A stretch of 64,000 nucleotides of DNA from Phycisphaerae bacterium (GTDB taxonomy: Bacteria > Planctomycetota > Phycisphaerae > JAAYCJ01), in NCBI GenBank assembly GCA_041658725.1, contig JBAZZQ010000001.1, forward strand, positions 96,938 through 160,937, in the 5' to 3' direction. Shown here one piece after another: positions 18,792 to 26,738 of the stretch (the first letter of the stretch is position 1; the number at the start of each line of letters is the position of its first letter). The notes beneath the pieces were generated by a model. It searched no databases and was not told where the DNA came from. It saw only the letters and a program-made list of their open reading frames with translations. The position numbers and the translations under genes are program-made.

Positions 18792-19110
18792 TTGATTTAC
18801 AAATTGGTGCAAAAACATCGCGATTTTGGAGCAGTTTTTACGGGAAAGAAATCATTTTGTGCGATTTTTGAAGAATGCAAATTAACCATTCAGCCTTTTT
18901 TATCGCGGAACGGCGTCCGGGGCGACCATGTTGACCCGGACATCCAGAGGGGCAAATTCCAGGCTGGCCCGATCAGGGGTATCGCCCAAGGTGGCACAGA
19001 CGTTGGCGCGACATTCGACGATTGCGCTGACCTTGGCGGTACACTCACGTGTTGAACGAGGATCAGCTAACGGCCTTGAACCGATTGCCGGGATTGGCCA
19101 TTGGACTTGA
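18792..19110 (+). pseudogene. Degraded tyrosine-recombinase (phage-integrase family) C-terminal fragment
   Basis: Frame 18928-19110 reads ...LARSGVSPKVAQTLARHSTIALTLAVHS, which resembles the integrase C-terminal box ([28 protein letters not shown]) with the catalytic Tyr position substituted. The adjoining frame (18792-19055) carries no recognisable upstream part, and no N-terminal domain is present. Confidence 0.4.
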
Positions 19111-19358
19111 AAAAAAAGTCTTGCAAAGCACCGGAACAGATGGCCCGATGGGTCCGGAACACAATCCCAAAAGTGGTACACTCCCTGGTACACTTCCCGT
19201 AGGGCTTTCAAGGGTTTCTGCGTCCACCATTGACCATCAGGGTAAGGACAAGAGTATCGTGAATGCCGAAAGTGAAAACCCCCTTATAATGGCGAGAAAC
19301 GGCAATTCTGGCCACCAAAAAGAAACGGTGGCCACTTCTGGCCACCGCAATTCTTCAC

Positions 19359-19405
19359 TGAGGACGCTGGGGCTCGGACCCAGGACCTACGCATTAAAAG
19401 GACAA
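19359..19405 (-). other. Putative tRNA 3'-half remnant (variable loop, T-arm and acceptor 3' strand), candidate att-site relic
   Basis: Minus strand reads ...GCGTAGGTC CTGGG TCCGAGC CCCAG CGTCCTC A, i.e. an AGGTC variable loop, a 5-bp T-stem, a 7-nt T-loop and a 7-nt acceptor strand with discriminator. No matching 5' half lies within 80 nt. Confidence 0.3.
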
Positions 19406-19765
19406 GAATCCTACTGCAAGGGCCTGAAAATAAAGGGCTTAAATGGCGTTTTTGGCCTAAAAACGAGGTTTGCAAGTGGTTGACAAGTCACTGAGCACTC
19501 TATACACAAGATGTTACCCGGTTACGACTGACCCACTCAGTGACCCACTCACCATTGTGAAGGAAATGACTTTTCCTCGTTCCGGTTGAAAGCGATGGGC
19601 ATTCCAATAGCCACCAAGTTCGCCATCCCAGATCACGGGGAATGTCATTGTGTGCTGTCAGGCTGCACTCTGGCGTTTTCGAGGTTCGATTTAATCGACA
19701 TTGACGGCACTCCCATATCAGCATAAAATGATCCGCAAGAACTGGACAAAGGTTTATACTCGACG

Positions 19766-21114
19766 ATGGTATTACAAGAATCCGAAATTCTGGAACTCAA
19801 AAAGTCCACCGCGGAATTGAAGGAAGCGGTGATTTCTATCGGTGCGATCCTGAACAAGCATCAGGGCGGCTTGCTCTATTTCGGTGTGAAGAACGATGGG
19901 ACCCCGCGGTCGGTCAGGCGGTCGGTGATAAAACCGTCCGCGACATCTCGAAGGCCATTGCCGACCACCTTGAGCCGAAGATCTACCCGGAAATCAAACC
20001 GGTAACCTTCAGCGGAAAGTCATGCATTGAGGTCCGGTTTTCTGGAAAACAAGTTCCCTATTTTGCATTTGGCCGCGCGTACATCCGCGTGGGCGACGAG
20101 GACAGGCAACTGTCCGCCAAGGGAATTGAGTCGTTTATTCTCAAGAAAAATTTTGAGGCGGTTCGCTGGGAATCCCAAGTCTCAACCCAAAACGAAAACG
20201 ACCTGGATGTCGATCTGGTCAAGCGCTTTGTCCGCAAAGCCAACCAGGCGGGACGAATCAGGTTCAAGTTTCGTTCGGTTGGAGAAACCCTGAAAAAACT
20301 CGGCCTGCTTCAGGGTGGACATATTCTTCGGGCTGCCGAGGTGCTTTTCAGTTCCCATCCGCCCCTGAAGATTCAGGCGGCGGTCTTCACCGGGACCGAC
20401 AAACTGACATTTCTGGACATCCGACAATTCGAGGGCAATCTTTTTTTCCTGCTCTTGGTGGCCGAAGAATACCTGAAAGAAAAAATGAACTGGCGGGTGA
20501 AGTTCGGAAAACTTCAGCGAGAGGAAATACCCGAGATTCCGCTGGAGGCCTTGCGGGAGGCCCTGGTGAACTCCGTGTGCCACCGCGATTATTGCTCCCC
20601 GGAAAGCAATTACCTGGCCGTCTACAAGAACCGGATCGAGATTGAAAACCCCGGCGAGTTCCCAGAAGGGTTTGAGCCGGAGGATTTCATTTACAAGGGA
20701 GAACGTTCTGTTCTTCGTAACCCCCTGATTGCCGATGTGCTTTATCGCACACGGGACATCGAGAAATGGGGGTCCGGGCTCAAGCGGATTCACGACGAGT
20801 GCGCCGGGCACGACATCAAGGTGGAATTCCAGAAGATGAAGGCTGGTTTTAAGGTGGTCTTTTATCGAAGCGTTCCTACGGCACAGACGCCTCCGACACC
20901 TACCCCCCAAACTACCCCCCAAACTACCCTCAATATTCAAGCCACGATTTTGGCACTGATTCGGGAGATTCCGGCAATCACGAAGGAAGAACTTGCCCGA
21001 CGGTTGAACCTGACCATCGACGGGATCAAGTACCATATCCGCAAGCTTCGAAGACAAGGCGTACTGCTTTGGGAAGGCCCCAGCAAGGCCGGGCATTGGA
21101 AGATCAAGGCCTAA
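19766..21114 (+). pseudogene. AlbA_2 (Schlafen-like, divergent AAA) / HATPase_c_4 / C-terminal wHTH protein ('RecG C-terminal-like' putative regulator), interrupted by a frameshift near 19905
   Basis: The N-terminal AlbA_2 motif (ESEILELKKS...LLYFGVKNDGTPR) is in one frame (19766-20005). Continuation (GQAVGDKTVRDISKAIADHLEPKIYPEIKPVTFSGKS...MGDEDRQ...) is in the +1 frame up to 21114. The shift lies inside the tandem ggtcggtcaggcggtcggtg. Confidence 0.6.
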
Positions 21115-21396
21115 ACATGGAATTGCGCCGTCCGCGCAAAAAAGCCCGCGAATCTTAAAACAGCGAAAAGGGGACAAAGGGGTCATAATGGGGTCAAAAA
21201 AGGGACATGAAGCGGGGGTTATACCAAGAAAAAGAATTCCGGAAAGCGGGATATTTTCTTTCTTGCTGAAATGGGCTTTTTAAACCAAAATGACCGGTTG
21301 TTGTTCGATACGATAGTCAGGGTGTACGGCATGTCGTGTTGCTTCAATTGGCCAGCCACATTCCATCATAATCGTGGTTTCTCCGCAAACTTGGCG

Positions 21397-23160
21397 TCAT
21401 TGCAGCCGGTTCAAAAGCGCCAGGAAATTCCGTTTGCGTCCGTGAGCGGCCCGGAGAGTTTGTAGATACGAAGCAAATTCCGTTTCTTGATTTGCTGTTT
21501 TCAAGAGCGCCCGGATTTTCTTGATCCAGGTGACGGCGTCCTTGTAATTATCGTTTCCCCCGTGGCTGATCAGTTTCTCAACGTGCTTCCGATAAATGGG
21601 AATGGCATCGACGGGATGTTCCTTTTCCCGCAACCGAGCCAGTTCCATCCACAGGTCGTCGGAGCAACCTCCGGCCAGGGCCTCCGTCCATGCGGTCTCG
21701 GCATCCTTTTCCCACAGATAAATCCGGACAAGAAGCGAATGGTCTCTTGGGGTTGACCAATCATATCGACGAGCCTCTTTTTTTTCCTGGACGATCTTTT
21801 TTTGAATAAAGGCCAAAGCCTGCTCGCGCCATCGCGGCCAATCTTTAACACGTTCCGCATGCGTCTTGAGTTCCTGATACGAGTGCAAGTCGGGTCGGTC
21901 TTCCAGGTTGGCCCAGATCAATTTCATGGCCTCGTCGTGCCGTTTCTGCCTATGATACTCTTCGGCCAAGAAGGTGCGAAGTTGGGAGTCCGGTCGTTCG
22001 AGAAACGCCTTCAGACCGTCTTGGGCCCATTGGATTGCCCGGTCGTATTTCTTGTTCTCCCGGTAAAGCTGCGCGATCGCCAGGTAGTGATGGGCGGCGG
22101 ACAAGTCACGGCTCTTGACGGCCACCAGAGCCTCAATGTCCCCTTGTCTCTCGGCCAGGTTTTCCATAATCGATTTTAAACCGTAGCGTCGATGATCGTA
22201 AGAATCCTCCCGCTGTCCGGGTTTTAATGCAGGTAGCTTGTTCCACTCGGTCTCCACCAGTTTGCGGAACGCGGCCAGGCCTTTTTCCCCCAGGACATCC
22301 GAATAGGTTTCCACCGTATGGTTAAAAACATTACCGTAATCGTCCATCTCCCATTCAAACAATTGCCGGGCCAATCGTTCCGGATCGGGTTTGGCCGCCA
22401 CGCAGGCGTCGTGGTGCAGTTCCTGCAACTCCTCAAAAGTATCCCCGATCCAGCCGTCGGAATCATCCGCTACCCGCGAGATTTGTTCAAAGCGATCCAT
22501 CGCATATTCGACCAGTTCCAACACCTCTTTGATATGCCCCTCCTTCAGCAAGTCTCTGAAATTCTTGATGATCTCGTCTAAATTACGAGTGGCTTCATAC
22601 GGCGATTCGTAATCCGAATAGTCTCCCCCTCCGACCGCGTGATCGATGGCCTTGCGGATGGCGGCTGAATTTATCCCTTGTTGGCCGGTCCGCGACATTT
22701 TCATCATCAACCGGCCCAGAAGTTTTTCATCGTCCATAGCCTGACTCATGATGACTTCCACCAGGGCGGAAACTTCTTGAGTTTGAAGGAATTTGCGCAG
22801 GTCCTCCATCGACGGGGCTTTTTCCTTTTTTGAAGATTCGGTTCGACCGTGATCCGCCTTGCCCGGTTCCGCGCCTTTTTCCAGATATGCCAGCCCGGCC
22901 GCCACACAATGCTTGCAGAACTCCCCCTCCTGACCGAAAGGACAGTTACACTCGCCGTCCAGTTTGTCCTTGTGCATCCATAGCTTGACCTTGTACGTAT
23001 GGGTCCCCCGCACCTTGGCAACGATGACCCCATTATCCTCAACCAGAGAAATCACCGCCCCTTCATGAAAGTAATCCACCCCCCGCTGCCAGGACCCGGA
23101 GCCCGCTAATTGCTTCAATTTTGCCTTCGTGAATTCCATATTACCTAATTCATTACCCAT
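21397..23160 (-). CDS. SWIM zinc-finger domain protein with long helical/TPR-like C-terminal region
   Basis: GECNCPFGQEGEFCKHCVAAGLAY is a CxCxnCxH SWIM finger near the N-terminus. A start at 23160 (MGNELGNMEF) overlaps the upstream gene's stop in an ATGGGTAA arrangement; the ORF-track start at 23367 is probably too early. Confidence 0.55.
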   Translation of the reverse strand: MGNELGNMEFTKAKLKQLAGSGSWQRGVDYFHEGAVISLVEDNGVIVAKVRGTHTYKVKLWMHKDKLDGECNCPFGQEGEFCKHCVAAGLAYLEKGAEPGKADHGRTESSKKEKAPSMEDLRKFLQTQEVSALVEVIMSQAMDDEKLLGRLMMKMSRTGQQGINSAAIRKAIDHAVGGGDYSDYESPYEATRNLDEIIKNFRDLLKEGHIKEVLELVEYAMDRFEQISRVADDSDGWIGDTFEELQELHHDACVAAKPDPERLARQLFEWEMDDYGNVFNHTVETYSDVLGEKGLAAFRKLVETEWNKLPALKPGQREDSYDHRRYGLKSIMENLAERQGDIEALVAVKSRDLSAAHHYLAIAQLYRENKKYDRAIQWAQDGLKAFLERPDSQLRTFLAEEYHRQKRHDEAMKLIWANLEDRPDLHSYQELKTHAERVKDWPRWREQALAFIQKKIVQEKKEARRYDWSTPRDHSLLVRIYLWEKDAETAWTEALAGGCSDDLWMELARLREKEHPVDAIPIYRKHVEKLISHGGNDNYKDAVTWIKKIRALLKTANQETEFASYLQTLRAAHGRKRNFLALLNRLQ

Positions 23161-24100
23161 CGGATTGGTTCTTATCCTCTTTCCCCTCGTATAACACACG
23201 GTAGTGTTCAATCGTATCCCAATCCAAAGCAAAATTCGCATACTGCTTGAGCAGACGAAACTTTCCACAACCGGGAATCTGGCATTCGCTTTTATCTCGG
23301 GGGCAAGAATTAAAGGCGCACAATCGGCCAAGGTACCGATTCGTACCCGGTTCCAGAAGGAACACATCTATCTGATGGTGGGCGGGAGTGAGGCCCGTTT
23401 TCTCCCGGAGGGTGTTCAAAGCGGCATTCCGGGCTTTGAATAGTGCTTTTAAAGAATTCAAATCACTGACCCAGACGGCCAGATCCACGTCTTTGCACTC
23501 ATGCGGTAGTGCCACATTATACCGGCGGAATTCGGCAAATCGCGGGACTTCCCTTGTAAGAGGCTGAGCGACCGACCCGAACAGAACCACTTTTTCCACG
23601 AACGGCAATTTTGAAAAGGCCGCCGCCACAAATTCCACGGTAATCTGAAAGTCCCTCCACCGTTTCTGTAAGCATTGCTCTTGCTCGGCGATCGCCCGTT
23701 CCGACGGTCGATCGCAGGAATCCTCCCATTCATCGCCCTCCTCCCCATCAGGGAGATGGTTGCTCCCGGCGAGCGAATCCGCCTCATCAACGTGATCGGT
23801 CGAAGGGAAATTTCCAACATCAACGTCTCCTTGCCGTCCAATGGGAACAAGGTCCCGCTCAGACGGTTTTGCTTTTCGTGCCTTCTTTCGGGCCGCTTTT
23901 TCCTGTCGCTTCCCATACATCTCTCGAACCCAGTCCTCGACCAGCAATTTCCACCGCTGGGATGGCGAAGGGATGTTTTTTATCAGGCTTTTCGGATTCA
24001 GACCCATTTCCTGGGCCATCCGCAGAGCCTCGGCGCTCAGCCGGCATCTCTGTTTGGCTCTTTGCCATTCGTCCTGGATGTGACCGTGTTTTCCAGACAT
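23153..24100 (-). CDS. Minimal nucleotidyltransferase-fold protein (Pol-beta superfamily) with Cys-rich C-terminal tail
   Basis: VVLFGSVAQPL...ECKDVDLAVWV matches the hG[GS] / DxD NTase motif. C-terminal CAFNSCPRDKSECQIPGCGKF. The N-terminal ~120 aa are charged and uncharacterised. Confidence 0.45.
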   Translation of the reverse strand: MSGKHGHIQDEWQRAKQRCRLSAEALRMAQEMGLNPKSLIKNIPSPSQRWKLLVEDWVREMYGKRQEKAARKKARKAKPSERDLVPIGRQGDVDVGNFPSTDHVDEADSLAGSNHLPDGEEGDEWEDSCDRPSERAIAEQEQCLQKRWRDFQITVEFVAAAFSKLPFVEKVVLFGSVAQPLTREVPRFAEFRRYNVALPHECKDVDLAVWVSDLNSLKALFKARNAALNTLREKTGLTPAHHQIDVFLLEPGTNRYLGRLCAFNSCPRDKSECQIPGCGKFRLLKQYANFALDWDTIEHYRVLYEGKEDKNQSDG

Positions 24101-24145
24101 GGTGAAATTATCGCAGAGTCGCGAGGGGATGGCAAGGGCAGGATT

Positions 24146-25048
24146 TCATTGGTAACCATTGATGACATACGGCAAGGGGGTGGTAGGGATTTGTGGCGCC
24201 TTCGCATTCTTTTCGCCGATGGCGTCAAGGTCTTCAATCACATCCCGTGCCGTTCGACTGATCCGCTCAAAACTTTCCGCGACCTTTTTCCCGTCGCCGC
24301 CCCATTTCGTGATGTAGCGGCTGGCCCGCAGTTCGACGTCCAAACCAAAGTGACGACAGACCACGTACGCCACCGCTTCGGCTTCCAATTCGGCGGTTTG
24401 ACGACCGATGCTCTCATCGTTGATATGAAGCGATTCGTGACAAATCTCATGGGCTAAACTTTTCGCTTTTTGGCCGCTGGAGACGCTCTCGGCAAGCAGG
24501 ATTTGCCCACCGCGACTCTGGCCATACAGCCCTGGCCGCAGATCCCGATATTCCAGTCGAATGCCCCGCTGATTCGCCACTCGCTCCAGGCGTTCTAGCA
24601 GTTCGTCAGCCGTGATTTCGATTTCCGGTACGACAAACGTCGGAATATCCTTGCCCTCAGTCTGCGAGACATCAAACACGCATGCCGTTTTGAAAAAGAC
24701 CCGCTCAATCTCTTCCCCTGCCTCGTCCATAACTGGACACGGGGCGAAAATACGAATCGCCTTCTCGCCCGATCGAACGCACCGGTCGAACTTCTTCCAG
24801 GTCGTAAACCCAGCCACCTGGGTTGCCTCGGGGTTTTGGGCAAGAATCAGCAGGCAATTCTTCCAGGAATACCGGTGAAACCGAGCCAGTGTGTCCAGGT
24901 ATTGTCGGAATGTGTCCGACGCCCGCTGATCGTCTACCGCATGGGCCAACCGTTCCAGGCTTTCGTCGATCGATTTTCGAAGTTGAGTTGTATTGTTTTG
25001 GTTATCATATTTCATTTTGCCACCGCCGGGTGTGCTCTTTTTGGGCAC
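24146..25048 (-). CDS. ArdC-like protein: N-terminal ssDNA-binding ArdC-N (DUF1738) domain plus C-terminal HExxH zincin-like metallopeptidase domain
   Basis: FHRYSWKNCLLILAQ is the ArdC-N signature. SLAHEICHESLH is an HExxH motif, as in ArdC / MPTase-PolyVal proteins of conjugative elements and phages. Confidence 0.6.
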   Translation of the reverse strand: MPKKSTPGGGKMKYDNQNNTTQLRKSIDESLERLAHAVDDQRASDTFRQYLDTLARFHRYSWKNCLLILAQNPEATQVAGFTTWKKFDRCVRSGEKAIRIFAPCPVMDEAGEEIERVFFKTACVFDVSQTEGKDIPTFVVPEIEITADELLERLERVANQRGIRLEYRDLRPGLYGQSRGGQILLAESVSSGQKAKSLAHEICHESLHINDESIGRQTAELEAEAVAYVVCRHFGLDVELRASRYITKWGGDGKKVAESFERISRTARDVIEDLDAIGEKNAKAPQIPTTPLPYVINGYQ

Positions 25049-25217
25049 GTCCCCGATGGCCGGGACGTGCTCAACCTCATCAATGCTAAAATTTATGGGA
25101 AGAAATAACTTTTCTTCGACATTCGCCTTGACAAAATTTCAATCCTCGGCGACAACAATAATAATCCAAGGGCGCGTAGCCCTTGAAAACTTTTTCTATT
25201 AGGATAGGAGACCAATC

Positions 25218-25298
25218 ATGGCAAAAGCCGCTGCAAAGAAAAAAGCACCCGCGAAGAAACCAGTAGCCGCCAAGAAGAAATCCTGCGGCTGCAAGTAA
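25218..25298 (+). CDS. Putative 26-aa Lys/Ala-rich peptide (MAKAAAKKKAPAKKPVAAKKKSCGCK)
   Basis: GGAGA RBS 7 nt upstream of the ATG, and a strong bidirectional hairpin/T-run terminator 55 nt downstream. Composition resembles histone-H1-like tails. It falls below the 60-aa ORF-track cutoff. Confidence 0.3.
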   Translation: MAKAAAKKKAPAKKPVAAKKKSCGCK

Positions 25299-25352
25299 AA
25301 CGATTCGTTGAAACTCACTCAATGGGTCCGCCTTGAAAGGATTCAAGGTAAC

Positions 25353-25406
25353 AAAAAAAATGGAAGGCGCCCCGGCCACGGCGGTACCTTCCATCTTTGG
25401 TTTTTA
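25353..25406. terminator. Bidirectional rho-independent terminator between the small peptide gene (+) and the HU gene (-)
   Basis: aaaaaaaa-ggaaggcgccccggccacggcggtaccttcc-atctttggttttt. The GC-rich hairpin has A-run and T-run flanks on both sides. Confidence 0.65.
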
Positions 25407-25422
25407 CCGGTTGTTAAACCGA

Positions 25423-25734
25423 CTACGTCGCCATATCCTTCAATGCCTTCAGCGGGCGTACCTTAATGACCTTGCGGGCAGGCTTGGCCTTGAACATCTG
25501 CTCCTGCTTCGTGAAGGGATTGATCCCCTTGTGAGCCTTGGTGGCGGGTTTCTGGACCACTATGATCTTCATTAGTCCCGGCACGACGAACATGCCTGGT
25601 CCCTTCTTGCCGACATTCGTTTTGATAAGCCCGTAAAGGGCATCAAGAACGGAAGCGACTTGTTTGCGGGACAGTTCGGTGGTTTCGGAGATGCTGGCGA
25701 GGATTTCGCTTTTGTTGAGCAGTTTTGCAGCCAT
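25423..25734 (-). CDS. hup: HU/IHF-family nucleoid-associated DNA-binding protein
   Basis: MAAKLLNKSEILASISETTELSRKQVASVLDALYGLIKTNV...GINPFTKQEQMFKAKPARKV is a canonical HU fold sequence. Confidence 0.85.
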   Translation of the reverse strand: MAAKLLNKSEILASISETTELSRKQVASVLDALYGLIKTNVGKKGPGMFVVPGLMKIIVVQKPATKAHKGINPFTKQEQMFKAKPARKVIKVRPLKALKDMAT

Positions 25735-26057
25735 GTGATTCCTTTCACAAAAAAAGTTTTCCCTCTCAACGTTTTAACCGGCCCTCGGGCGAGGGAATTT
25801 TCCCGAAACCGAAGTAATAGGCAGTATTTTAAGCATGAATAAAGTCGTTTATCTACAGAAAACTATGCAATTCACCTGAATAACGAGGAAAAACCCGCAG
25901 ATTCCCACCTTGAAGAGCCACGGATTCAAAATGATCTGTCGTCGTCTCATCATGTTCAAGTATGTATGGATGCTGGATAACCCTATTAAAATGCCAGGGA
26001 ATCGTTATCACCCGGTTTTTCTTACGCTCCGCTTACGCCATCGTCGCCCTTGCCTCG

Positions 26058-26540
26058 TTATCGCTTGAAGTTCACGTACACCTCGGAGTCCATACGGCTG
26101 TTGCGTCGATAGGAGAGATTGCCAATCAGGCTGATCAGTAGCTGACGACGTTGCCACACGTTGCGCCAGACCCGACGGGCAATGCGGGACAGGGAATAGA
26201 AGACTCGGTTGCAGGTAATCATTTCCTGAATGACTTCGTCCAGGGAAAAATGTTTATATTGGGCGACCGGGAATGTCAGCGTGTAGTAGTCCCAGTCCTC
26301 TGGGAACTTATCGAGAGCAATTCGGTTCTCCAATCTCATCTGGTCCCACAGTCGTGTGCCGGGCAAGGGGGTCAGAAAAAGCACGTTAAGATTGTCCACT
26401 CCGTACTGACCGGCCACTTGGGCGATCCGTTTGCCGATGCGTTCTTATCCGATACGCCAGCCGCCAGGTTCAGGACAAAATCGCCCTTATGAACCTGCGA
26501 CGGAAGTTCCAACAGTTCTCGGATGTATTTGGCCATTACG
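26058..26540 (-). pseudogene. C-terminal fragment of a B12-binding radical-SAM protein (DUF4070 region), frameshifted and N-terminally truncated
   Basis: The 119-aa ORF (VLFLTPLPGTRLWDQM...FPEDWDYYT...) matches the DUF4070 C-terminal extension of B12-rSAM enzymes. The upstream 45 codons are in another frame, and the radical-SAM core (CxxxCxxC) is absent. Confidence 0.4.
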
Positions 26541-26738
26541 GTCGTTCCTTTTTGATATTAGGGACGGAGATTCGACGCAACCCGTTTCGGCGTCGATTGC
26601 GACCCGCACGGACCAGTGCCGCAATCAGAAGCGACACCAAGATCGGTCGCAACTCCTGAATATAAATAATGTTAGAGAGATACTCCGTGCCGATACCTAC
26701 AGCTGGATTGGAGAATAATGGGAGAATAATTGGAGGTT

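Noticed and set aside
20182-21186. 334-aa ORF antisense to the AlbA_2/HATPase_c_4 gene, 23675-24457 antisense to the NTase gene, 38995-39879 antisense to the GHKL-ATPase gene
   Set aside because: Embedded antisense ORFs without domain signatures. The sense genes are better supported.
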